Under the pieces are notes generated by a model. That model did no database searches and was not told the DNA's origin. It saw only the letters and a list, made by a program, of their open reading frames with translations. Positions 40,901-53,539 of a stretch of 64,000 bases of DNA are shown here, piece by piece. How positions within the stretch are numbered: position 1 is the first letter of the stretch; each line of letters begins with the position of its first letter. The position numbers and the translations under genes are program-made. Source of the DNA: Eledone cirrhosa (lineage: Eukaryota); the NCBI GenBank assembly GCA_964016885.1, contig OZ024750.1, forward strand, positions 8,742,001 to 8,806,000. Direction: 5' to 3'.

Positions 40901-41996
40901 TCAGAGATCCGCTTCAATAATTCTAACAGAGTAAACTACGCTTAAGGACCTCAACGTCTTGCTGTTTTGTTCTATTTTTAAACAGGCGACATATTACTTT
41001 TAACAATGTTAAATAGAAATACTTCTTCCGATGTGCTTCCATGCAGTGTTCGTCTATCAAATTTCGCCCACAAAATATTAGTCGATCTAGGGTTGTTTTA
41101 AAGTAAACCTGTTCACAGTGCCGAGTGTTGACATATAACATGAAGTCACACAGTTATGAAGTATATTGCCATACAGCTACGCCGCAACTTAGATTATAAA
41201 ATAGTGGACAATCCTTTGTTTTATAGAAGAATGAAAATTTGCGTCGTTATATATTAAGGGGAAGACATAATCATAAAATTGCTGATGTAATTTCTGTAGT
41301 CTTAGTGAACGAAGAAGTTGTCTAACAGCTGTATTTTGGCTAAAAGTAGAAACGATTAGAAAGTCTGTTTGCTTTTATTTCTGATATATGTCTGGCTAGC
41401 ATTAAATATTTACGTTATATCATATTGCAATCTTGATTTTGCCATTTATGAATATACGTTCCGATGGTATGTGTGTATCGCTAGAGGAGCAGGATCAGGA
41501 AAATTAACTTTTCTTTGTCAGGAACATAATGCAGTACAGGCTATGGCATCAGTCTTCTGGAGGGTAGGACTTCGACATCGTATTTGTACCAGTGTACCCT
41601 AAAGTGTATATTCATGTAGAAAATTAGCTTAAAACAAATGAAGTAATACTCTGCATTATTTAGTCATTTTACGAAGAATAAAGAGCAGTTGATGACATAT
41701 AAGGTCACTTATAATTTCAAGATATTACTACTGAAGATATTAATACAGAAGGATGAAAGTAAAAATAGATCTTATTGAGTTTTCTTCACTTTGGGCATCT
41801 GAGATATTCCATGAAATCTTGAAAGCACGTAATATGTAAGTTATTAAATGTGTGAGATCCGAGAATTTAGAATCAAACCATCAACCTAATGAAGCCGGCG
41901 CAGCATCAATTTTACTGTAAAGCAGATTGAAGCAAGCAAAGTATAATTCATTTGTTGGGTATCAATGATAGCTATTTGCAGTATGCATATAACATA

Positions 41997-42312
41997 GTGA
42001 AGGTGCATGGCTTTGGTTAGAGCATTGGGCTTACAATCAAACGGTTGTGAGTTCGATTCTTGGACCGGGTGTTGCGTTGTGTCCAAGAGCAAAACACTTT
42101 GTTTTACGTTGCTCCAGTTTACTCAGCTGTAGAAATGAGTTGCGACATCACTGGTTCCAAGCTGTATCGGCCATAGCCTTTCCCTTGGACATCATCGGTG
42201 GCGTGGAGTGGGGAGACTGGTATACATGGGTAACTGCTGGTCTTCCACAAACAACCTCGCCCGGACTTGTGCTTCGGAGGGAAACTTTCTAGGTGCAAAT
42301 CACATGGTCATT
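41997..42312 (+). mobile_element. tRNA-derived SINE family B
   Basis: gcatggct..tggttagagcattgg head, gagttcgattct B box, CORE-like gtcc..gagcaaaacacttt; homologous to the 58550 copy. Confidence 0.85.
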
Positions 42313-43770
42313 CGATTTCCCGGGTGTATCTCATTACTTTTAATCTAGTGTGGTGTGTTGAAATTTATAAAACATTTGCGGCTATTGAGATAATACAAAC
42401 TGCAAAAATAAATAAATAAATAAATATGCTTACATAATATTATGAATCCTGTTATACAGCATAACTAGACACATCATAGGTGAGGGACATCGGATGTTTA
42501 TAGCAACTGAACAACTGAGAGGTAAATTCGGTTAAATTTCAACAGTACGCGGTCTATGAAGAGACACAAGTGAATGACCACTCGGCCGATAGGACTTTCA
42601 CGTTATAATCTCAGCCACCAGCGATTATTTACATTTAAGATCAGAGATGACAAATTGGTTAATTGTGTCTACATACATCTATTGACATATGACTCAATAC
42701 AAGTGGGCTTGCAGGTTTGTGAAATTACATTTACTCACTTTTCTACTGTTGCTATTTGTACAATGTTTAAATGACAGAATGACCTCCATAAAAAAGCCTT
42801 TATCATATCTATCAACAGAAACTTACACAATTATCGATTAAGCAAGATATTGAAGCTAGCAGCAATATATCCTGTAAACGATGAAAAACTTGGTATCTTT
42901 ATTTTTATGGGAGGGTTTTTATTTTATTTACTAGAAATCGATACTCTATAAAAAGAAATTCAATTCAAGAAGAAATGGTTTAGAAGTTTTAAGACCTAAA
43001 ACTTTATAGCTACAATATTTTACTGTAAGAAGCATTGAAAGTCTTTGTAACTACGCGGAAAATAAATGAACATAGCTGCAAAACGTGCTCGTTTTCAAAT
43101 TTTGATGTTTGCTAATTTAAAGATACTAAAAAGGGATACTTGTAAAGCACGTGCAATGATATCGAAATGTATGCAGAGAAACGATATGTAAAAAGCACAA
43201 ACTTTCTTATGCACTTTGATATATATTTCTAATTTCTAATGCGAAACATGCGATGCATTTTCAGATTGAATTAAATGTTCCTATAAAGAATATAATCAAA
43301 AGTATGATCCTATACAAGATATAATCAAAAGCATGCTGTAACCCGGCCAAAAGTGTTTTCAAGCTATTAGTAGTCTGAACTGGTGCTTTAATTTCAGATT
43401 TGTTTATATACTTTGAACATATAGTCTTAATATTAATGATTGTTATGGGTGATGTCTTTATGTTCTGAGTTCAAATCCAGTTGGTGTTAGCGTAGCCTTT
43501 TTATCCATAAGAGTCGTGAAAATAAAGTAACAGTAACGCACTGGTGGAGTCGATTTAAATGACTTTCCCCTCCCTCCAAATTGTTTACCTTGAGCCTAAA
43601 TCAGAAACCATTAATTATGACTGTTCAGGGCGGTGGATTGTCAGAATCGGTGGAGCATCGGACAACAGGCTTTATCGCATATAGTTACGAATGTAAATTG
43701 AACATTAAATATCTAATTGGTGTCATTGTAATTAATTACTCTTTTATGATTGTAAAAAGCATCTATGACT

Positions 43771-44052
43771 AAATTAGTGACGCTATGTGAGGGCTAAATC
43801 TATGATTGCGTATTCTTAAGAAGGACCAAATAAGTGATGCTATGTGAGGGCTAAATCTATGATTGCGTATTCTTAAGAAGGACCAAATAAGTGACGCTAT
43901 TTGAGGGCTAAATCTATGATTGCGTATTCTTAAGAAGGACCAAATAAGTGACGCTATTTGAGGGCTAAATCTATGATTGTGTATTCTTAAGAAAGACCAA
44001 ATAAGTGACGCTATGTGAGGGCTAAATCTATGATTGTGTATTCTTAAGAAGG
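43771..44052. repeat. 57-bp tandem repeat, 5 copies
   Basis: Unit aaataagtgacgctatgtgagggctaaatctatgattgcgtattcttaagaaggacc. Confidence 0.95.
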
Positions 44053-44959
44053 ACACTATGTGTCCAATAAATGATACTATGTGTCCAACATTTATATGGA
44101 ATTGAGAAGATGTTGGCACATCTTCCACAGTGGCTTTAATAACGAACTGGAATCGCCTCTAGTCTGGAATAAAAAGAAAATCTTTTATCTATTCCTTTCG
44201 CCTGCTCATAATTATTATGATGCTACAACCTGGCATTTATACCTGTTGAGTGTGGAGGTTAAACGTCTCAGGCCGTGAAACAGCTGGACTCGATTATCAG
44301 TGTTTGTCCGTAACACGCTGCCTATATTTATTTCACAGAAAATATGCAATGTGTCTAATGATAGAAATGTCTATTGTATGGAGACGATATGAGATATCCG
44401 ATTAGAAAAGAAATTAAATATATGAAATGTAAAAACAAAAATACATTTAAAATTGAAGTTAAGATTTGTGGTAAATGTATTTGGTTATTTAGATACATTT
44501 TCGAAACGATCAAATATGGCTTCGTACACTTTTGTAAATTTCTGAGAAAGAAAGTTTCGTCTAAATAGAAACTCAAATCAAATGTAGGTCATAGTTTAAA
44601 ATATTTGAATGAAGTGCATGAATGGTAGTGTATGTTAGTTCAAGGAGACCGATATAGTGTATTAACGTCTGAATCGAAGATCAAACACACTGATACGGTT
44701 GCAAGTTGAGCATGAAATACTATTATTTGGGGAAACCAGTAAATAGCTTTCTATGACTTTCGGAAATTGTCTTAAGTTGCTGTATGTGCCATTCAGGTAG
44801 AAGGTTGTTTACTGCTTCAGGGCATTGGTGGTACCACTCATATGGGCCTACAACCATACTCTGACCTGGAGTTTGGCTTACTTTTGATCGGACTTTTGAT
44901 TGTCCATCTCCCTATTCTCTGGACACGTTTATCTTATTACAGCTTCCCATCCTAGCCTC

Positions 44960-45163
44960 GTTGATATTGTTGGGCAGATTTTACGGGCAAAACCAACCGG
45001 CAGGAGACCCTGGGGGTTGACCCCGAGCACCATGGTTGCATAACATCCATGAGCTTGGTTGGTCATGTTTGGGGATCCAGCCGGATCTTTTGGAGACAGT
45101 TGCTTCTGAAAGGACCCACTGGAAGGAGTGTTTAAGTACCCTCTCAGGAATAAGTGGAAGAAG
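44960..45163 (+). mobile_element. RTE family 1 3' fragment
   Basis: Homologous to 2475-2740 (ataacatccatgagc, ggggatccagcc). Confidence 0.8.
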
Positions 45164-45644
45164 TCTCAGATTAGAAAATATTCAATTTTGTTGACGTTGG
45201 TTCATTTCGTCAATTCCATCATTTAATAATTCAAAAATAACTTTTATTAAAAAAACTCCAAGTGATAATGCAGTAGCAATTATATTATCTAATTTGTATG
45301 CTAGCCTATCAGTTGATCATAACAAATATTTGTGTCCTCCAGCTACATAATTGAAAAGATTTGCTACCGTACTGAGAAATGTGCAGCATACATTATTGAA
45401 TTGATGGAAACATTAAAAAAAGAATGTAAATATTTTATGTAAGTTTTCAAGTAACATACTTTTAGTTCGACATTTGAAAAATGCATGACTACAACATTTT
45501 GAATAATAGAGAACCTTACATCCTACGAAATAGATAGAATTTATATTTGTTATATATATAATACGTGTATGCAAGATAGTTGTAATTCCCGGTTTGCATA
45601 TGGTTTTTTTTTAACCTACAATTTCCAATTAGAGGATAGTTAGA

Positions 45645-45830
45645 CTTCTTCTTCGTCTTCTTCTTCTTCTTCTTCTTTTTCTTTTTCTTCTTCTTCCAGG
45701 GGGTCCTATGAGAAGCAGCCGTCTCCAACTTATCTGGCTGGATATCCATGCGAGGCTAGCTAAGCTCATGGATCTACTCCTGGATCGCCTACCGATTTGT
45801 TTTGCCCGTAAAATATTTCCAGCAATTCTT
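45645..45830 (-). mobile_element. RTE family 1 3' fragment
   Basis: ORF DIQPDKLETAA plus (GAA)n tail. Confidence 0.75.
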
Positions 45831-45938
45831 TCCTGAGAGTTAGTCTTCCTTTCTTAACTTTCTTTCTGCACCACATATATAAATATATGATGCTTTCATT
45901 GACATTGCAGTAAGGGTTTTAAAAGACTTTACTCCATT

Positions 45939-46127
45939 GCGTGGATTGGCAGTATCGGTAGAGAGTCGGACACCATGCTTTGAAGCGTAGAGTTACGTTC
46001 CTTTATGATCTGAGTTCAAATCCCGCCGACGTTAACTTTGCCTTTCATCCTTACGGGGTCGATAAAATAACGTACCAGTAATGTACTGGGTAATTGCTGG
46101 CCTTGTGCCTAAAATAGAAACAATTAT
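45939..46127 (+). mobile_element. SINE family A
   Basis: Full family A sequence. Confidence 0.92.
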
Positions 46128-46230
46128 GTGCTGGACAAACTACGAACATTTATATTGAGATTATATAAACTCGAAGTAATGATTAACTATTTTTAGAAGT
46201 GTTGAGATATATTCATGCATAAATAAATAA

Positions 46231-46261
<31 letters not shown>

Positions 46262-46294
46262 CATATATACACACGCACATATATATATACACAT

Positions 46295-46512
46295 ATATTT
46301 ATTAAAATAATAGATTAAAGTTTAAGCAAAGAATCGGGATCTTCTGAAACTGTTTCAGAAGATCCCGTTTAGGGTGAAAGCAGCGATTCTTTGCTTAAAC
46401 TTTAATCTGTTATTTTAATAAATATTTGCTCTACGGTATTTGATATTTGATATATATTTATCCTTATCCAGCCCTCTTTGGATTTTAGTCTTCAAATTTA
46501 TTATTATTACTA
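46295..46512 (+). mobile_element. Fold-back pLTR-like element (family P4)
   Basis: Arms 46295-46336 / 46384-46425 plus a 15-bp inner hairpin. CAGAAGA-t-ccc[gttta]ggg-t-GAAA and AATAAA at 46417. Its 3' end recurs at 36426-36458. Confidence 0.75.
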
Positions 46513-46534
46513 TATATATTTATATATATATATA

Positions 46535-46717
46535 GTCGTAGAACACTGGAAGGTAATATCCGTAGTGGTAGAGCACTCAGTCCATGGGACGAGTTAGGTA
46601 GAAGTGGTTACACAACACTTAGTTCACCATACCGAGAACAATTGTTTCACCTTAGCGAGGATCCGCTAAGGTGAAACAATTGTTCTCGGTATGGTGAACT
46701 AACTGTTGTGTAACCAC

Positions 46718-46722
<5 letters not shown>
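46535..46722. mobile_element. Fold-back pLTR-like element (family P3), 59-bp arms
   Basis: 46599-46657 vs 46664-46722 with one mismatch. GAGGA-t-cc[gctaa]gg-t-GAAAC-AATT-GTT; flanked by (TA)n. Confidence 0.85.
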
Positions 46723-46757
<35 letters not shown>

Positions 46758-48263
46758 GTGTGTGTGTTCGTCTAATGGATTAAGAGGCTTATGATAACAT
46801 TTTCTTCCTGTTTTACGAAGACAATATTTTTCCAGTAATGTTATAATAATTTAACATATATTTGCAAGATCGTATGTACTGATTAAATTTCAATCTTGTA
46901 AAGTGGTCAGTTGAAACCAATTCATATTCTGAAAATTAATATGTTTTAATGAACCCTACCTATTTGCTTGGCCAGGTTTTTATAGTATCTTCTTCCTTTC
47001 ATCTTGCGTGTGCTGTGTTCTGAAACAAAATTTTACATATTCAATTCCTCAGAGCTATATATATCAATACTTGAAAATAAATTTTAACGCATTGATTTTA
47101 GATTTAATTCTGTCTGTCAAAATCCCTAGAGTAAACATTGTGAGAATCAAATCTACTTTAGAATTCTTATAAATTATTTCAATAAAATATAAATATGGTC
47201 TACCCTCGTTCACAATTTATTTTCCTTAGTTGCCAGTAATTTATTGAAATGTTTAGTTTGATGCGAAGTAACCTACGTGTATTACTGTAATTTATTTGAT
47301 TAAAGTCGAAGTTAGAATGAAGGCTTATAAACATTAGGATTAAAAATATCGTACCGAACTTCTTTACTGTATGCAGCTTTCCAAACTTACAAGGATCAGC
47401 TTAAATTTCGTCACTCGAGAATGATGTGTTGCCGTTATGTTTATTAGCAGTGGTTTTCTGCTAGCATGTGTAGTGTGCATATTGATATTATACGCAAGTA
47501 TATATATATGCAGATATGATACATCAAATAAAATCGTAATTGACAATATACACAAAAATTGAACGAAGACTGCGTTACACTGTCTTATGCAATCAGTAAT
47601 GTAATCCATGATACATAAAAAAAAGACGAAATTATATATAAACTGCATTAGGAGAAAATTAGTGACGGAAATATATGAATGTTTATTTAAGCGATCGCTA
47701 ACCGGAAGTGTTGACATTTGAAAATTTTAAAGAAGTGAATCTTAAAATAAGCAACAACATTATTTATATTTAATCAAGAATAACGAAATTTAGTAGATAA
47801 ATTATGTAATATTGATTCTTTATTTATTCAAAGTAATCCAACTTATTTTACAAACGGGATAAAAAAAAATATGCTGGACGCAGTCCCTCACTCCTTACTT
47901 TATTATAGTTTAAATTTCACTGGTGATGTCTTCAAATGGCATGCAGTAATAAAATGTTATAAGAACCATCTCGGGAAACGCAAACAATTAACAGCCTAAT
48001 CACTATTATTTCGGATTTCAACTTTAATTATGTAATACGAAGATCTTCGATTTTAACATTCTATTTAATATATATTCCTCAACTACTAATGTTAGCTGTT
48101 TTTTATGTTGTTTTTTACCTTGCTGCTTTCAGTCAATATTGTACACCTACTCACAATATTGTGAGATACTCAATGTAATAGTTAGATATATTGTTCAGGT
48201 GTACAGCGCCAAGTTGGAGGTAGAATAAGATTAGTTGATCATTGTTTGTATGTTTTTTGTTAC

Positions 48264-48296
<33 letters not shown>

Positions 48297-48603
48297 AGTG
48301 TCTGTGTGTGGGTGGGTGTGTTTGAAATGTTTTATGATGACAATAGATGTGTTGCTGTACAACAATAGACCAACCACAAGTGGCAGAAAGATCAGTTTGA
48401 ATACATTTCATGTTCCAATGTTTTTGTCATGTTCATTTCACATAGATACGTGGGATATATAAATAATGTATTCTCTATGGCTACAATACAAACCATTTTT
48501 ATAGAAGTAGACTTTATAATCCTGAGAAGAAAGCGGGGATTATTGATGTTTGTTAGAAGACAAACTAGCCTCAAATATGTAAACACATTTAAGCGTATCA
48601 GAA

Positions 48604-48679
48604 ATCATTAATGTAAACCTGTTAGTGTATATATATATATATATATATATACATACACTAACAGGTTTACATTAATGAT
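48604..48679. repeat. 27-bp inverted duplication around a (TA)n run
   Basis: atcattaatgtaaacctgttagtgtat / atacactaacaggtttacattaatgat. Confidence 0.92.
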
Positions 48680-48709
48680 ATATATATGTATGTGTGTGTG
48701 CGTGCGTGT

Positions 48710-48915
48710 GAGTCCCGAGTTCAATCGGGGTTAACCACGGTTAGTGAGGTACTCAATACATTAGCAGAGTGTAAATATCAAGTTTATTATAGAAATGACT
48801 TTTGCAGGACTAGAACTGTTTCATTCAAACGAAATCACCAGGAAAGCTTTTCTGATGATTTCTTTTGAATGAAACAGTCCATATAAAGGCCATTTCTATA
48901 TTAAACTTGATATAT
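48710..48915. mobile_element. Fold-back pLTR element (family P1) with hammerhead core 48852-48875
   Basis: Antisense full copy followed by a sense partial copy around an aaagcttt centre. CTGATGA..GAAAC present; the full copy reads AATAAACTTGATA. Confidence 0.82.
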
Positions 48916-49022
48916 GAGTTTGTGTGTGTGAATTAGTATTGTCTCTCTATAAACAATGAAACCTATTAACAAAACAAATGGTTGTATATATGAACAAATA
49001 ATATTATTATTTGTGTTCAAAA

Positions 49023-49215
49023 GGCGGTGGATTGGCAGTATCGGTAGAGGGTCGGACGCCATGCTTTGACGCAAAGTGTTACAGCCCTTTCCATTCTGAG
49101 TTCAAATCCCGCCGAGGTTAACTTTGCCTTTCATCCTTACGTGGTCGATAAAATAAAGTACCAGTAATACACTGGGTAATTGCTGGCCTTGTGCCAAAAG
49201 TAGAAACAATTATTA
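49023..49215 (+). mobile_element. SINE family A, full length
   Basis: Best-preserved copy; imperfect TSD attatt..tgttcaa. Confidence 0.93.
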
Positions 49216-49779
49216 TTTTTGTTCAACTGTGTAGAAAAATGTATTTTTCAATACCGTAGGCAAATCTCGTTAATTCCCCATACTCTAATATCACCTGTGA
49301 TACCTTCTAGACATATAAACAAAATGATACTGAAGATTGTCAGTAGCATTTCATTTTAAATATAAATATATGAAGATTAACCTCCTATATTTCTTTGGAG
49401 CTGCAGTTCGGTACCTTTCTTAGTAATTCTACTGTCGATAATGTCGATAATTTGTTCAAATCCTAAACGAATATCACTACCGTTTAAGCGCTTATAGACC
49501 GAATACTCATCCTCGATTTATGTTATGTAAATAAATAGTATCTTCAATTCAGATTCGCATATGTTGAGAGAAGTTTTTCTGCTCATTTTGTATTTAAATA
49601 GAAAAGAGCCCCGCAAGGTGGGGTGGTTGTTACAGCGGGTGTCGCTGGCCATTTATAGAATTGTAAATATAATTCCATATAATATTCGTTTTTTTCCTCT
49701 CCTCACTTTCGGCGTAAATCTACGAAACTAAAACTTATCAGGTCACTAGATTGTGTATGTCATCACATATTTAACTACT

Positions 49780-50130
49780 TATTTCCTGGCCTAGTGGTTC
49801 CATCTGGTATTAGTGACTAGCATTTTCAGACTCTCGTTCAATGATTACTCCCGACTGTATTCCTTGAATCTAACATCCCACGTGAATTTTCGAAGCAGCT
49901 CTGTTTGACTTCCAGTCTTTAATCATTTGAATATGACTTATATCTACATCTCTGCATAGGATTAAAGAAATTTCTAAGCTTAACTTGTTTGAGCATAGAT
50001 GGTGTAAGATTTTCCACTTTGCCTTTTGCACAGAGTTAGATAAGTTTCTATTTCAGAAACTCTAGCAGCTGAGAGTCCAATATTTTCTTCCTAAATATAT
50101 CAACTCTGCATCCCATTATGCATCGAGTAC
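49780..50130 (-). pseudogene. Highly decayed LINE AP-endonuclease fragment
   Basis: Broken frames give TIYAQTS, LVTNT and PDGTTR-like motifs. Confidence 0.35.
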
Positions 50131-50182
50131 TAAATTGATTAGTGGTTTTTCCGGGCTTAGCATAGTATACACTATATATACA

Positions 50183-50351
50183 GTATATATATATATATAT
50201 GTATGTGTGTGTATGTATATATGTATGTGTGTGTATGTATATATGTATGTGTGTGTATGTATATATGTATGTGTGTGTATGTATATATATATGTGTGTGT
50301 GTGTATGTATATATATGTGTGTGTGTATGTATATATGTGTGTGTGTGTATG

Positions 50352-50399
<48 letters not shown>

Positions 50400-50400
50400 C
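50183..50400. repeat. (TG)/(TA) compound microsatellite
   Basis: Direct inspection. Confidence 0.95.
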
Positions 50401-50659
50401 ATTTTTTAGTTAGACACTGTGTTTTCATATTTTATTGATGGTAAAAAACTAACGCTATTCTATTCGATGCTTTCACAACCATTATCACACACATCCACTG
50501 TTTTCTAATGTAAACGAAACTAATTTTATTATTTACGATTCCCTGTGATGACCACGTTGTTTCCTGGTCAATAGGTTTGTTGACATGGTAGAAACTTTAG
50601 TCAGACATTTTAGTTGCTTGAAGCACATAATATCAGCTTTTCACCATGTATTTAGTTTC

Positions 50660-50830
50660 CAATGCTCTCCCATGTTTTGCAATATATTTGTTTAAATTAC
50701 CAATTAAGAGTTTGATGTCTAAGTTAAGAATTTCATTAATAATGTCTTCAAGTTGCTCAAACTCTTCCTCTTTCTTTCCTTCATTAAACGTCAATGCATC
50801 TACCAGTATAATGATGGCTTTCAAATAAGA
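50660..50830 (-). pseudogene. LINE AP-endonuclease fragment
   Basis: IIILVDALT...KEEEFEQLEDIINEI..LDIKLLIGNLN matches the IIxVYAPT..EEFYxxL..GDFN pattern. Confidence 0.7.
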
Positions 50831-51384
50831 AATATAACGGAATAATTGCATTCCTGTGGTCACTTTTATTCTATATAACTTAATTTAAAAAGACTTGGAA
50901 ATCAATAAAGAAAAAGATATAGCATTACGCAGAGATACATTGACATTTAAATTTGTGTGTCTCGTCACCAGAGAGCTGGTGTCGTTGACATTTTTTTTAC
51001 GATATTCACCGATTATCCAGCATGGCTGAGTACAGTATCGTTTATGTTTCTTTCTGTGGCAAACTCTCTAATGTGAATTACAATGATATGAAAATAGAAT
51101 TAAGTCATCAAATAGAATAGCAGCTGACAGATTCGCCTCTTCAAACCATTAGTTTTCAAATTTACTCTTCCCTTATAAGGCAATTATCGATGTATTACAG
51201 ACAAGAAGATAAAGCGATGTGTACTTTTAAATTCAGATCTTAGACATGATATGAAAGTAATATTGATGGGTAATTTTATTTCTGTCTGTTGCAACATAAA
51301 TTTTAAAGAATGGCTACTTTTAAGTATCAGATGACATAACGAGAAATGAAGCCAAGACGAATCACGGATAAAGTAGAACTATTA

Positions 51385-51790
51385 GTGATTGTTTCTAATA
51401 TAGACACAATGGTGCATATTTTGAGGAAGGGGTTAGTCGATTACGTGGACCTCAGTATTACACTAGTAGTTTATTTATCAATACCGAAAGTATGATTTAC
51501 AAAGTATATTTGAACTCAGAACGTAAAGAGGTAGGACAAATAGCAAAATAGAATGTGTATGACGCTTTAAACACTCTGGTAATCTCTCACATTTAATAGG
51601 GATAATAGTTTATAAATAATACACTTGATAATAGTATATAAATTAAGTACAAAACTAACAATTTAAGGGATGGTTAAGGAGGATTATATTGACTCGATAC
51701 TGTATCTCGGTGGAATTTGAACTCAGAACGCAAAATTCCGAAACAAATAATTATAGGCATTGTATCCAATGTTTTAAAAGTTCTGCCTAC
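51385..51790 (-). mobile_element. Two old SINE family A relatives
   Basis: tttgaactcagaacg occurs twice, with a degenerate core. Confidence 0.6.
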
Positions 51791-51899
51791 CTTAAACAAC
51801 TCTTAGTGTATCCTGAATGATGTAAATAATTGATTGCAAACATACAGATTTATTGCATGTGTTCTAAATAAAATACTCGTAATAAGTTCTTCTAGAAAG

Positions 51900-51967
51900 A
51901 AAGCCACTGATGATTTCATTTGAATTAAACAGTTCTAGTCCTGAAGACGCCATTTCTATATTAAACG

Positions 51968-51972
<5 letters not shown>
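51900..51972 (+). mobile_element. Family P1 pLTR fragment with mutated hammerhead
   Basis: CTGATGA-tttcatttgaat-TAAAC-agttctagtcc...ttctatattaaacgtgat, then (TA)n. Confidence 0.8.
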
Positions 51973-52003
<31 letters not shown>

Positions 52004-52004
52004 A

Positions 52005-52041
<37 letters not shown>

Positions 52042-52170
52042 AGTTTTATATATATATATATATCAAGTTTTATATATATATATATATATCAAGTTTTATA
52101 TATATATATATATATCAAGTTTTATATATATATATATCAAGTTTTGTATTTATATATATATTTATATATA

Positions 52171-52223
<53 letters not shown>

Positions 52224-52396
52224 ATATTTATATATATTTATATATTTATATATATATATATATTTATATATTTATATATATATATATATTTATATATTTA
52301 TATATATATATATTTATATATATTTATATATTTATATATATATATATATATTTATATATTTATATATATATATATTTATATATTTATATATATATA

Positions 52397-52467
<71 letters not shown>

Positions 52468-52514
52468 ATTTATATATTTATATGTATATATATTTATATA
52501 TTTATATATTTATA
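51973..52514. repeat. (TA)nTCAAGTTT array followed by TA/TTTA array
   Basis: Six TCAAGTTT anchors within 52001-52145. Confidence 0.92.
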
Positions 52515-52853
52515 GATACGTCTGCATTCCTTAACTTCCTCTTTCGCGTATTGACTTCCATCCATTTTGCCAGTCACTTTCATGTGCTGTCGACATATTC
52601 GGCAGTGAAAGAGTCTTGTGGTTTCCAATTCGTTTACACTTACACGTAGGTTTAATTTATTTTTAACTTCTATATGTTTACATTAATCTGTATTTACTCA
52701 TTGTATACAAAGAAACATATATACCAAGACACAAGGATATACCCATATACAGTCGCATACATGCTCGCTGTCTATGACTTCTCACCATCTCTCTTTTTCT
52801 CTCGCTCTATATCTCGCTTCCCTCCACTCTCTGCACATTCGTGACTATTTGTT

Positions 52854-53408
52854 TCATTGCCCAGGTCTTTTTTTTATCTAACTCACAATGCTTCAGATAT
52901 TTAAAACAAATAGATAAATATTAATATAATATAGTCAATAAATCTTCCGAGATACTTGAGAAATTATATGGATTTAATTGGTTAAAATTGATATCGCGAA
53001 ATCTAAGAAATGAATTTGAAACATAGATAAAATATCCTGGAATTTTTTTTTTTTTTAATAATAAATGATTCTAGAACTATTGAAGCATTCGTCTGAAGAC
53101 ATCTGACCTAACTCTATGTTCACCCACGTCCTCAACCTCAACCAGTGAATATAAATCTACATAACACTGTTCTGGAATGCGTTAAACCCCAAACTAAATT
53201 TATCTCTAGTATGGAGGACTCCCGTGTTTCATTATAAAATAAAGAACACGGCTCTATATAGCATCATTTGTTTTGTATTTTCATTTGCATTTATAAAGAA
53301 TATAAGGACTTTTTTATGTTTTGGATTGTCGCGAGTTCTTTCATATTGTCAAATAGGTGTCTCTCTGTATATGTATGTTTATGTTTATGATTTTATTTTA
53401 TATATATA
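52854..53408 (+). repeat. Left arm of ~550-bp inverted duplication
   Basis: Near-identical reverse complement of 55215-55764; ORFs 53224+ and 55063- share the same peptide. Confidence 0.95.
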
Positions 53409-53421
53409 GAGAGAGAGAACT

Positions 53422-53466
<45 letters not shown>

Positions 53467-53539
53467 TTGATATATATATAAAACTTGATATATATATATA
53501 GAAAACTTGATATATATATAAAACTTGATATATATATAT

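Noticed and set aside
43771-44052. CRISPR-like regular array
   Set aside because: Contiguous tandem units with no unique spacers, in a eukaryotic context with no cas genes.
47700-47710. CCGGAAGTG ETS motif as a promoter
   Set aside because: Single motif with no CpG island or adjacent exon.
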